DNA from: Planctomycetota bacterium
GTDB lineage: Bacteria; Planctomycetota; B15-G4
Direction of reading: 5' to 3'
Length of the DNA: 64,000 bases
Assembly (NCBI GenBank): GCA_965248575.1
Contig: CBDFJQ010000002.1
Span: 1,728,001-1,792,000 of the forward strand
Made by a program: the position numbers and the translations under genes. The notes under the pieces are model-generated. The model was not told the origin of the DNA and searched no databases. It saw only the letters and a program-made list of their open reading frames with translations. Positions 19,152 through 28,425 of the stretch are shown piece after piece. The number at the start of each line of letters is the position of its first letter. Positions within the stretch are counted from its first letter, which is position 1.

Positions 19152-21806
19152 TCAGGGAATCGCCGCGCCCTCACGGTTACGGCGACGAGCCAGGACGCCA
19201 CCGACCAGGAGCAGCACGCCCAAGCCCAGGAAGCCGGCGCCGCCGGCCATGAGACCGACCCCGGTGGTGCCAGGCTCGTAGCTCAGCTCGACGACCACCT
19301 TCTCGGCCGTCGCAACCGGGATCCCCAGCAAGGCGTGGTTCGCCCGTTGAACTGCGGTGATCTTGCCGTCGACCCGGGCCGTCCACCCTGGATGCCAGGA
19401 CTCCGAGAACACCAGCATGCCGGGAGCTCCCGGACCGACGGCCACGCGCGCCTGCCCCGGCTCATAGAAGGTGACCGTCACGTTCCGGGGGCGCGCCGAC
19501 CCGTCGGACACCTGCGGCAGCTTGGATGCTGGCACCTCTGCTGCGTCGACTCCCTCCACGGGAGGGGTCAGGAGCCGGCCGTCGGGGTAGACCTCAGCAT
19601 CGGGTAGGCCCAGGGGAGCTTCTTCCAGCAGGATCGTGTGCTGCGGCTGGAAGTTCGGCGACGCCAGGCGTGCCAGGCGCAGAGCCTTGTCCGGCACGAT
19701 GGAGAAGCGGCTCGCCAGGAAGGCTCGCGGCAAGGCCTCGGTGTTGCGCAGCACGTTGACGTGACCGACGGCCTCGTGCAGCTCGAAGCCCGAGGGCATC
19801 AAGGCCGGGTCGTCCGTCAGCACCGCGTTGACCCCCAGCATATCCAGGGCTGGCAGGCTCAGGCTTTGCGTGTCCAGCACCCCACCCAGGATCGAACCCG
19901 ACAAGCGGGCGCCTGGCATGACGCTTTCCAAAAGCTCGGCCACGCGCAGGGGGATCATCGGTGCATAGGCCTGAACATCGTGCAAGCCAAACAGACCGGG
20001 GAAGTTCGGCCGCAGATAGCTGGGATCGTTGCCCACCCGCAGGATGCGGGGCGGGACCTTGGATTCCGACTCCGTGCTGCGCGCAGCGGACGCCAGCTGG
20101 GGCACCCCCAGGCGCTCGATCCGGGAGGCGTCCGCCGTGATCCCCTCGAGCGGAGCGGCGCGCAACATGGGCAGGGCCGCAGCGGCCAATTCCAGGGCGA
20201 GCACGGCAGGCACGATGCCAGGCATGGACTCGATGCGTGTCACCCACCCTCGTTCACTGGGAGCAGAGCGCGGGCGGAACAGCAAGATGGCTGCGAGGGC
20301 CGCTGCGAAGGCCAGGGCGGCGGAGCGGAAGGCGGCTTGCCCTGCGACGGCGAAGGCCTCGGGCGGCACCACGGCGAAGATGTCGGACAAGCTGAGAGGC
20401 CCCATCTCCATGGCTCGACCGAGTTCCGTCGCCCAGCGCTCGATGTCCGCGGGCTCTTCCGAAGAGGGCACGGAAACCAGCAGCATCAACGTGAAGATGG
20501 TGGCAGCCAGCGCCGTGACCCAACACAGCACGACGTAGCGCAGTCGCTCTTGGCGCAGCAGATCCAGACCACCGGCGCAGAGCACGCTCATGGCGAAGGT
20601 CGTCAAGAACAGCAGCCGCTTGGGGCTCCCATAGCGCAGCCCCGGCACATAGGTGGCGCAGAACTCCAACGCGGCCGGGGAGAGCAGCAACCCCATGGCC
20701 ACCAGCAAGACGGCAGCGAAGGTGCGAGTGACCCAGCGTTTCCCGAAGACGAGCGCCACGAGAGACAACAGCAGGCCCATGACCCCGATGCCCATCGACG
20801 TCTCGGCCCGGTTTACGGACACCGGCGCCGCGCGCGCCGACGGCGCATGCTCCATGGCCAACGGGTGCGGCCCTGCCAGGCCTGTCGTCGCCAGATAGTC
20901 CGGCGCCACCAGGTGGGTCAGGAGCGCCAGATCCAGTCCGTCCGCCGCCACGGCCTGCACGGACTGCTCCGCCCGGGCGCTGTGGTTCTCCACGTAGTCT
21001 CGCGTGGGCCACAGCTGCGGCGCGGCAAGCAGTACGGCCAGGAGGAAGACGATTCCAGCGCGCAGGGCGGGGCCCAACGCTGCCTGCCCGCGGCGCCAGG
21101 CAGCCCACGGACGGACCACCTCCAAGAGCACGGCCATGCCCGCAACGAGCAGGGAGATCTGCGGGAAGCCCGCCAGGAAGGACAGTGCCAGGGCGACGGC
21201 GGCCACGGCATAGGGCAGGGCCCTGCCTCGTTGCGCACCGCGCTCGAGGCCGTACAGCACCCAGGGCAACCAAACGGCCGCGCCCACCACGGGAAAAGCG
21301 TGCAGTCGCGCCGTCATCCAGCCCGAGAGCGCGAAGGCCAAGGCCCCCATCAAGGCTGCGGACTGGGTTCGCTTCAGGGCCCGCAGGTAGAGCAGCATGC
21401 CGCCCCCGGCCACCAACACATGCAGCCAGGCCATGAGTCCGAGTCCCTTGAACCCGAAGAGCAACGGGAGCCAGGCAGGCGGGTAATAGACGGCATAGTG
21501 CACCTCATCGATGTGAGGCACGCCGAGGGCCTGGGAAGGGTCCCATTCGGGCAGCTCCCGGCGATCGAGGGCCGCCCGGGTGGTGGCCAGGCCCGGCACG
21601 AACAGGTGCAGGACGTCCGACATGCACCAGTTGGGGTGGGGATGGGTGCTGAGGGTTTCGGGGCTCCTGCCCGCCGCCCAGGCCGGAAAGTCGTCGGGCG
21701 TCAGCGGTAGGAAGGCATTGCCAGGAAGCAAGCCCTCCAGGGTCAGGAGGGACGCCGCCAGGGCGAGGATCAGCCAACCGGATACCAGACCTCCATCACG
21801 CTGCAC
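19152..21806 (-). CDS. YfhO-family membrane glycosyltransferase-like protein
   Basis: P.WDP....G.P, YYPP, many TM helices and C-terminal SESWHPGWTARVDG...RANHAL. GGAGG precedes GTG 21806. Confidence 0.82.
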   Translation of the reverse strand: MQRDGGLVSGWLILALAASLLTLEGLLPGNAFLPLTPDDFPAWAAGRSPETLSTHPHPNWCMSDVLHLFVPGLATTRAALDRRELPEWDPSQALGVPHIDEVHYAVYYPPAWLPLLFGFKGLGLMAWLHVLVAGGGMLLYLRALKRTQSAALMGALAFALSGWMTARLHAFPVVGAAVWLPWVLYGLERGAQRGRALPYAVAAVALALSFLAGFPQISLLVAGMAVLLEVVRPWAAWRRGQAALGPALRAGIVFLLAVLLAAPQLWPTRDYVENHSARAEQSVQAVAADGLDLALLTHLVAPDYLATTGLAGPHPLAMEHAPSARAAPVSVNRAETSMGIGVMGLLLSLVALVFGKRWVTRTFAAVLLVAMGLLLSPAALEFCATYVPGLRYGSPKRLLFLTTFAMSVLCAGGLDLLRQERLRYVVLCWVTALAATIFTLMLLVSVPSSEEPADIERWATELGRAMEMGPLSLSDIFAVVPPEAFAVAGQAAFRSAALAFAAALAAILLFRPRSAPSERGWVTRIESMPGIVPAVLALELAAAALPMLRAAPLEGITADASRIERLGVPQLASAARSTESESKVPPRILRVGNDPSYLRPNFPGLFGLHDVQAYAPMIPLRVAELLESVMPGARLSGSILGGVLDTQSLSLPALDMLGVNAVLTDDPALMPSGFELHEAVGHVNVLRNTEALPRAFLASRFSIVPDKALRLARLASPNFQPQHTILLEEAPLGLPDAEVYPDGRLLTPPVEGVDAAEVPASKLPQVSDGSARPRNVTVTFYEPGQARVAVGPGAPGMLVFSESWHPGWTARVDGKITAVQRANHALLGIPVATAEKVVVELSYEPGTTGVGLMAGGAGFLGLGVLLLVGGVLARRRNREGAAIP

Positions 21807-22073
21807 CGCTGACTCGCCTCCGTTCCCAGTCCCTGTGGACGGTTCTAGTGATCTGTACCCAGCGCTGATTGTCGCTGTGCCACGGCCCGGACAGGCGCTA
21901 CCCACAGCACTCGCCCAGGAGTTCCCTGCACAGTATCTTTCGACAGGGACGTGTTCTCTCTAGAATCCGGCGCCGGATGGCTCAGGCCGTCGGCCCCTCC
22001 TGGTCGATCCTGCCTCTCAGCCCTCCAGCCGTCTCTCCATCTCCCCTCCCCGATCGCCCGAGCGCCCCGCCCC

Positions 22074-22835
22074 ATGGAAGACACCGTCTACAAGGAGTTC
22101 CTGGAACTCGAGGACGGTCACTGGTGGTTCCGCGGGCGGCGGACCATTTTCATCTCCTTGCTCGATCGCTTCCTGGGCCGGCAACCCGACAGCGGCCGCA
22201 TGGTGATGGATGTGGGCTGCGGGGTGGGCGGCATGCTCGAGCCCCTCGAGCAGTACGGCAAGGCGGTGGGCACGGACGTCACCTTCCAAGGCCTCAAGCA
22301 CTGCGCCGATCGCGGCTTCCCGCGCCTGGTGGCCAGCCATGGCCCCGTGGCCCCCTTCAAGGACGGCAGCTTCGACTGCATCACCGCCTTCGATGCCCTC
22401 GAACACATCGAAGACGACGTGGGCACCCTGCGTGAGTTCTACCGCATGCTCAAACCGGGCGGCGTGATCGTCGCGTCTGGGCCGGCCTATCAATTCCTCT
22501 ACGCGCAGCAGGACAAGAACACGCACCACTTCCGGCGGTACAGCCGGGGCGTGTTCACCTCCCGCGCGAAGCAGGCGGGCTTCGTGATCGAACAGGCCAG
22601 CTACATCAACTTCTGGTTGTTCCCGGCCATCCTGCCCATCGTCTTGCTCATGAAGCTGATGCAGAAGCTGAAGCCGCCGGCACCGGAGCAGGATGGAAGC
22701 AACGTGGGCATCCCCGTGCCCAAGCTGATCAACGCCACCCTGACCGCGATCTTCTGCAGCGAGGCCAAGGTGCTGCGCTTCCTCAGCGCGCCCACCGGGC
22801 ACTCCCTCGTGATGGTGGCGCGCAAGCCGCGCTAG
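22074..22835 (+). CDS. class I SAM-dependent methyltransferase
   Basis: EDGHWWF.GRR, MDVGCGVG, FD.ITAFDALEHIEDD, LKPGG and HFRRY motifs. Confidence 0.9.
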   Translation: MEDTVYKEFLELEDGHWWFRGRRTIFISLLDRFLGRQPDSGRMVMDVGCGVGGMLEPLEQYGKAVGTDVTFQGLKHCADRGFPRLVASHGPVAPFKDGSFDCITAFDALEHIEDDVGTLREFYRMLKPGGVIVASGPAYQFLYAQQDKNTHHFRRYSRGVFTSRAKQAGFVIEQASYINFWLFPAILPIVLLMKLMQKLKPPAPEQDGSNVGIPVPKLINATLTAIFCSEAKVLRFLSAPTGHSLVMVARKPR

Positions 22836-22845
22836 TCAACGCGCG

Positions 22846-23046
22846 TCAGTCGTCGTCCCAGGCGTCGTCCTCACCATCGGGATCGCTCCCCACCTCGACC
22901 ATGGTGTCGCGATACTCCAGTTCGAGCGGATCCAGCTGTCGCACTTCGAACTCCGCCGAGCACTCATCACAGATGATGAACTGACCCTCCTCGGCGTCGG
23001 AATCCAGCTCGTTCATCACCTGGCACTTCGTGCACTCCCACATCAT
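22846..23046 (-). CDS. LysW-like zinc-ribbon small acidic protein
   Basis: CTKC...CDECSAEFEVRQLDPLEL followed by an acidic tail. Has a GGAG RBS and its own consensus promoter. Confidence 0.75.
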   Translation of the reverse strand: MMWECTKCQVMNELDSDAEEGQFIICDECSAEFEVRQLDPLELEYRDTMVEVGSDPDGEDDAWDDD

Positions 23047-23094
23047 GAGGGTTCTCCAGACTCTCGCGGTCGTTGGGAAGGAATCGGGGCAAGA

Positions 23095-23122
23095 AGATTA
23101 TCGGCAAGCGGCCCGCTGTCAA
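23095..23122 (-). promoter_or_regulatory. sigma70-type promoter for the LysW-like gene
   Basis: TTGACA (23122-23117), 16-nt spacer, TAATCT (23100-23095). Confidence 0.65.
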
Positions 23123-23193
23123 TGCCCAGCCCAGCGCCCATCACCCCTGCGCCGCCCCCCCCGCGAGCGGACCGTGACCAGACTGGCCCCGTC

Positions 23194-23622
23194 TCAGGAC
23201 GAAGCGGGGGAAGGCCCGAAGGTCAGCAGTTCGCGATAGAGCTCCTCCGCCATCAGCGTGAATTGCTCGGAGGCCGCCACCTCTTCTCGCTGCTGATCCA
23301 AGGTGGAGCGGCCGCGCTCCCGGGTGGCCGTGACCAGGTCGGCGCTACGCCGGGCGGCTGCCTCCACTTCGAGCACACCCTGCAACGCCCGGGCAGTCGC
23401 CTGCGGGTCGAGATGCGCAGCCGTGTGCCGGCCTTCGGGGGTGCTGTCCCGAAACCAGACCCACACGGCGGAATCATCCCCGCTCGAACCCTGAGTCAGG
23501 AAGCACGAACCCCACTGGTGCAGGGGCTCGCCCCTTTCCAGCTCCTGGGCCCAGCGCTCCTCACTGATGCGGCAATGCTCCCCCGGCTGAAGACGTTGCA
23601 AGGTGCGTTCCATGGAACTCAT
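23194..23622 (-). CDS. hypothetical protein
   Basis: ATG at 23622 overlaps the asparaginase stop (ATGA). Distal part of ORF 23194..23799. Confidence 0.6.
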   Translation of the reverse strand: MSSMERTLQRLQPGEHCRISEERWAQELERGEPLHQWGSCFLTQGSSGDDSAVWVWFRDSTPEGRHTAAHLDPQATARALQGVLEVEAAARRSADLVTATRERGRSTLDQQREEVAASEQFTLMAEELYRELLTFGPSPASS

Positions 23623-24656
23623 GTGAGGGACTCCGCTTTCAAGACCACGGTGCCCTGGGCATCGTCGGACTGGGCGTAATGGAACTTGGCATGCATGGAG
23701 TGCGCGCCCACCTGCCCCCAGCGGTCCACCGCCAGCAGCGAGACCGAGGGCTTCCGTGAACCGGCGCGCTTCATGATGCGCGCCAACACGTCCCGGCACG
23801 CTCGCTCGGGGCTCGCCCCGTGTCGCATGGCTTCCACCACGGAGAAGCTCGCGCAGGTGCGGATCATTTCTTCCCCGTCCCCGGTAGCGACGCAGGCACC
23901 GGCCTCATCGTCGCAGTAGCCACCGGCACCGATGATGGGTGAATCCCCCACTCGACCAGGGAGCTTGTAGGCCCATCCGCTGGTCGTCACCGCCATGCCG
24001 AAACGCCCGCGGTCCATGACGATCATGCCGATGGTGTCATGGTCCTCCTCGGCCGGTGCCCGTTGAGTGTCCTGCTTGGCCTTCCATCGTTCCCACGCAT
24101 TGCGGGCCTCGGCGGTCAGCATCTCCTGCTCGGGGACCCCGCGGCTGCGCGCAAAATCCAACGCCCCTTGGCCCACCAGCAGGACGTGCGGTGTGTGTTC
24201 CATGACGGCGCGGGCCACGGTCACGGGGTGCAGCACGTTCTCCAAGGCGGCCACCGAACCGCACGCCAGGGTGTCGCCGCGCATGATGGAGCTGTCGAGC
24301 TGCACCACGCCGTCCGCATTGGGTCGCCCCCCATATCCCACGGACGACGTCGACGGGTCCGCCTCGGTGACGTGCACGCCCACTTCACACGCGTCGATGG
24401 GATGGCTCTCAGGCGAGGCAGCCGCCCCCTGGCGGGTTCGATCCGCGAGCAAGCGCTCCCAGGCGACGTGGTTCGCGGCGCGCCCCATCTTCCAGGTGGA
24501 GACGATCACCCGCTCGCGCTTGGCCGTGCCGCGCATCCCGGTCAGGGGGCCGGTGGCACAACCCAGAGGCAGCGCGCTGGCAGCCAAGGTGCCCGCCACG
24601 AGCGAAGCGCCCGCCCGCCCCAGGAAGGCTCTGCGGTGGGGTGGGGTTGCTGACAT
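23619..24656 (-). CDS. N(4)-(beta-N-acetylglucosaminyl)-L-asparaginase / type 2 asparaginase (Ntn hydrolase), Tat signal
   Basis: RRAFLG twin-Arg signal, SVGYGG.PN, HDTIG autocleavage site, TSG, GRVGDSPIIGAG and TGDGE. Confidence 0.92.
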   Translation of the reverse strand: MSATPPHRRAFLGRAGASLVAGTLAASALPLGCATGPLTGMRGTAKRERVIVSTWKMGRAANHVAWERLLADRTRQGAAASPESHPIDACEVGVHVTEADPSTSSVGYGGRPNADGVVQLDSSIMRGDTLACGSVAALENVLHPVTVARAVMEHTPHVLLVGQGALDFARSRGVPEQEMLTAEARNAWERWKAKQDTQRAPAEEDHDTIGMIVMDRGRFGMAVTTSGWAYKLPGRVGDSPIIGAGGYCDDEAGACVATGDGEEMIRTCASFSVVEAMRHGASPERACRDVLARIMKRAGSRKPSVSLLAVDRWGQVGAHSMHAKFHYAQSDDAQGTVVLKAESLT

Positions 24657-24767
24657 GGGTTAGGTCTCCTCAGAAGAAACGGCGCGGCACCTGCTTGAGC
24701 ATCTGCTTGAGAGCCGGGCCCATGCCAGGCATTGACCGGGCCCAAGATCTGGCCATGGCAACCGGAC

Positions 24768-27700
24768 TCAGCGAAGCGTCAGGGGTTGGATCCAATGATA
24801 GGCGGGACGAGTGTTCCACAGGCGACGCCATTCTTGATGGGCGGTGTCATCCGGGAAGATCTCGTCGGGGCCGTAGGGGTACCCACTCATGCCATGGAAG
24901 GGCAAGGGTTCCACGGTCAGGGCCCGTTCCGTGTTCGGGTCACGATCCTTGGCCCAGCCATCCAGGTAGAGCAGGTAGCTCCGGGTCCAGCCCTCGGGCA
25001 GCTCGGGCACGGCCAGGGCCGGGAAGCGCAGCGTGAGCGCATCGCCGGAACCGAAGATCACGCTCCGGTCGTCGGCCTCACCCAGCAAGGGCAGCACGTC
25101 GCCGTAGCGGGTGTAACGCCCCGGGTGCTGATTCCAGCGCGGCACAGCGGCCAGCCGGTCCCAATCGTAGGTCTCGAGCAAGGGCTCGTCGGCCAGGCCG
25201 GAGGGCGCGGAGAAGCCCCGGCGCCAGAGCCGGGCCCCATCCGCTTCCACAGCGGTGACGCGACTTGGCCCATCCTCGCCCACGGCCAGACGCACGGCAT
25301 CCCATGCCAGGCACAAGGTGGTCTCGATGCGCACCCGGGGGTCGTCGCGCACGAGCCAGTCGCTCACATCGAGCACCATGGTCTTGGCCTTGCCCGCCGG
25401 GAAGCCAGGCGCTGGACCCAGCGGCCGCCAGCCCCCCGCTCCATCGGGCACCGAAAAGACAGGCGGCTCGAAGCTCACATCGGGATCCCGGGCGGCGGCC
25501 ACATTCACGCTGGCGTCGGTCCACAGGAACCAGCCCGTGAGCGCCAGACGCAACGGCCCCGTGGCAGGCAGCTCGTTGGCATCAAAGCTCAACTCCAGGC
25601 TGTGTGCCGGAGAGAGCCCCAGGAACTGGCCGCCCAAAGATGTGTAGGGCGTCGCCAGCTGGCCGTCGTGCCGCCCCAGGCTGTCGGTCCAATCCCGGCC
25701 CTGGTCGTCCACCGCCCGCAGCGGCGCCAAGGGCGCCTCCAAGACGTACAGGTGCTCTTCCGGAAAGGGCGGGAAGCAGAAGCGCTCGTTAGGATGAGCC
25801 TCGGTGCCGGCCGGATGGTCCACGACATCCAAGCGCACGCGATCGAGGTAGGTCACCTCACGCAACTCTTCGGTGAGCTGGACTTCATAGACGCCGTCCT
25901 TGGGGCGCAGTTGCTCGCCCGTCAGCAGCACGAACTCGTCGTGGTCCGGGGGCACCAACTGGCCCGGCACCATGGGCAGTCCAAGCGGCGTGCCGCCCAG
26001 GACATCCGTGAGGAAACCGTAGGTCTCGCCATTCCAGGCATAGAGGAAGGGGCACGAACCCACGAGCCCCTCCTTCTGCTGCACGAGGTAGCCCTGCCCG
26101 GCCTGGAGGTCGAGTACGTTCTGCACCACGCCGTTGGGCCAGGTGATACGCAGAACGTCAGCCTGCTCGCGCCCACCGAGACCGATCAACAGGGGTTCGC
26201 CCCGGGAGTAGAGGCGTTGGTAGTGGGGCCCGGCGCGCACTTCGACGATGGCCCCGCGGCCCCGGGGTTCGTCCTTGATGCCCTGCAAGGTGAGGCGCAG
26301 GGACGTGGCCCCGGGCCGCGATGCGCGTGCGCTGGCGACGGTGCCCTGCGCGAACCACAGCAGGTCGGGTTTCAGGTCGCCCTCGACGTCGACCACCGCC
26401 AAGGAGGCGTGCGCGCCAGCGGGAAGAGCGAGCGGTGCGCGTTCGCCACCGACCAGCTCACGCACCGAAGCCAAGCTTCCAGCGGGCCCAGGCCACAGAA
26501 GAGACGGGAAGCCCTCGAAGAACAGGTCCACGGCCTGAACGGCCCCGGGCGCAAACTCCTCGGCCGCCAGCACTCCGCTGGGCACGCTGATCCAGCCCCC
26601 CGCAGCGCGCGCGACGTGCAGCACCCCTTCGCCGTCGGCGCTGAAGAGATCGGGCCGTCCATCGCCGTCCACGTCGCCGACCCAGGGTTCGCTCTTGCCG
26701 ACGAAGTCAGGCAACTTCGACGATTGGTCGGAGAAATGGCCGCCCCGTTCGTTGCTGGCGAGGAATGGACCGCTGTCCAACCCCAACAGGAGGTCGACGT
26801 CCTGGTCGACGTCGAAGTCCTCCACCTGACACCAGGAGGCCGGCTGATCGCGCGGCAGTCCCGCATCGGTGGTCGCTTCGGTGAAGCCAATCCACTCCGC
26901 CTGCTCGTCCTGCTCGGCGTCTGCACCGAAGCCATCGTTGCGCAACAGACGCACGCCGAAGCTCCCCACCACCAGCAGGTCGACATCCCCTTCGTGGTCG
27001 TAGTCCACGACAGCCAGATCCGTGGCCACACCCGGAAGTTGGAGCAAGGGCTCAGATTGCCGGACCCAGCTGTCCTGCTCGCTGCGAGCCTGTTCATGCA
27101 CCCGATGGTTGACCATCAACTCCAGGGCACCGTTGCCGGCGAAGACGAGATCCAGGTCACCATCCCGGTCGGCATCCAGTGCGATGGCTGCGTCGACGGG
27201 GGTTTCGAGCAGGGTCTCCGCGAGCCACACGCCACTCGGCGCCCGGCGCGCGAGGGCCAAGACCTCACCCGCCAGGAGCAGGGACGGTTCCTCGTGCGCC
27301 GCGTAGCGCACCTCCAGCTCGTTGCCGACCTTGTCGTCGGCTGCTGTCTCGGGCAGCCGCAAGGTCATGGGGAAGAAGGCGTCGACCTCACCCAGGTCGT
27401 TGATTCCCACCCACTCCACCAAGCTGCCAGCGGGGAGGCCGGGGGTCTCCTTCACGAGTCGCGGGCTGGGCGGAGGGGCTGGCAACAGGCCGAGGTCCCC
27501 GCGGTCAAACTCCGCGGGACCGGGCGCGAGGATGCCGCGCTCATTGAGGTCTGCACACACATCTGCCCAACGCAACGCCTCCTCCTGCAGACCCTGGAAG
27601 ATGAGCACGCGAGAGAGCTTGTAGGCCACCGTCGGGTACCAACTCCCCCCGAAGGCCTCGCCGCGCTCAGCCAGCGCTCGCAGGTGCCCTTCTGCCGCGT

Positions 27701-28214
27701 CGTCCTGGTCGAGGTCCGACAGCAAGGTCGCGTAGGCCAGCCGGGTGGGGTAGCTGTCGGGGGCCAGTTCCCATGCCCGTTGAACAGCGGCTAACGCAAC
27801 CTCCGGCTCGCCCTCGTCCTTCGCCAAGCGGTAGCGCGCCCAGTGGTAGCGCGGGTCGTTGTCGAGCGCGGCGCCGACCCGGGCCAACAGCGCGCCGGCT
27901 GCTCGCGTGTCATGGGACTCCAACTCGATCAGGGCTGCGCGCAGGAGGTCTTCCGGCTCGACATCAGCACCCGAGTCCCCAGAGACCAGGGGCTGGACCG
28001 CCTCGCGAGCCAGCTCCCAACGCTCCTCGCTGAACAGGGCTGCGGCTCGATCCCGGGCCACCAGGAGCGCCAGATCCTGCTCCTCGGAGCGCGCCGTTCC
28101 CGGTGCTGAGGAGGCCTCGCCAGCCTCCTGGGAGCTCTCCCCGCAAGCAGACAGGCCGACGGCCCCCACCAGCAGCAACAGCAAACACCAAGACCTCCAA
28201 AGCGCGTAACCCAT
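24768..28214 (-). CDS. TPR + FG-GAP repeat + ASPIC/UnbV lipoprotein
   Basis: LSAC lipobox, TPR helices, repeated DxDxDGDxDL motifs, GAIVEVRAG...LRITWPNG (UnbV) and a GSCPFLYAWNG C-terminal module. Start codon uncertain (28214-28427). Confidence 0.87.
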   Translation of the reverse strand: MGYALWRSWCLLLLLVGAVGLSACGESSQEAGEASSAPGTARSEEQDLALLVARDRAAALFSEERWELAREAVQPLVSGDSGADVEPEDLLRAALIELESHDTRAAGALLARVGAALDNDPRYHWARYRLAKDEGEPEVALAAVQRAWELAPDSYPTRLAYATLLSDLDQDDAAEGHLRALAERGEAFGGSWYPTVAYKLSRVLIFQGLQEEALRWADVCADLNERGILAPGPAEFDRGDLGLLPAPPPSPRLVKETPGLPAGSLVEWVGINDLGEVDAFFPMTLRLPETAADDKVGNELEVRYAAHEEPSLLLAGEVLALARRAPSGVWLAETLLETPVDAAIALDADRDGDLDLVFAGNGALELMVNHRVHEQARSEQDSWVRQSEPLLQLPGVATDLAVVDYDHEGDVDLLVVGSFGVRLLRNDGFGADAEQDEQAEWIGFTEATTDAGLPRDQPASWCQVEDFDVDQDVDLLLGLDSGPFLASNERGGHFSDQSSKLPDFVGKSEPWVGDVDGDGRPDLFSADGEGVLHVARAAGGWISVPSGVLAAEEFAPGAVQAVDLFFEGFPSLLWPGPAGSLASVRELVGGERAPLALPAGAHASLAVVDVEGDLKPDLLWFAQGTVASARASRPGATSLRLTLQGIKDEPRGRGAIVEVRAGPHYQRLYSRGEPLLIGLGGREQADVLRITWPNGVVQNVLDLQAGQGYLVQQKEGLVGSCPFLYAWNGETYGFLTDVLGGTPLGLPMVPGQLVPPDHDEFVLLTGEQLRPKDGVYEVQLTEELREVTYLDRVRLDVVDHPAGTEAHPNERFCFPPFPEEHLYVLEAPLAPLRAVDDQGRDWTDSLGRHDGQLATPYTSLGGQFLGLSPAHSLELSFDANELPATGPLRLALTGWFLWTDASVNVAAARDPDVSFEPPVFSVPDGAGGWRPLGPAPGFPAGKAKTMVLDVSDWLVRDDPRVRIETTLCLAWDAVRLAVGEDGPSRVTAVEADGARLWRRGFSAPSGLADEPLLETYDWDRLAAVPRWNQHPGRYTRYGDVLPLLGEADDRSVIFGSGDALTLRFPALAVPELPEGWTRSYLLYLDGWAKDRDPNTERALTVEPLPFHGMSGYPYGPDEIFPDDTAHQEWRRLWNTRPAYHWIQPLTLR

Positions 28215-28425
28215 GGGTAGCTTTCTCACGTCCTTCACTTCAAGGGGCACCTCGTAAGGCACCAGCGAACTGCTGGCGTCGGGACTCAGGACGGATGTCC
28301 GCATCGGCCGATGCAAGCAGTACGATGTGTGGTTCATGTGGCCATCGGAGCATGGCGTCCGGCCGGAGCCAAGAGTCTGCCCCAGAACCACGCTCTCCTT
28401 CGTTCCATACCCAGGCATCGCTCTC

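Noticed and set aside
24732..27794. 1020-aa plus-strand ORF, and similar long antisense ORFs (2809..4230, 6047..8128, 10102..11847, 13518..15197, 19638..21710, 39679..41253, 44563..46083, 56836..58374)
   Set aside because: These are shadow frames opposite genes with clear family motifs. They are expected from high-GC codon bias and show no recognisable motifs.
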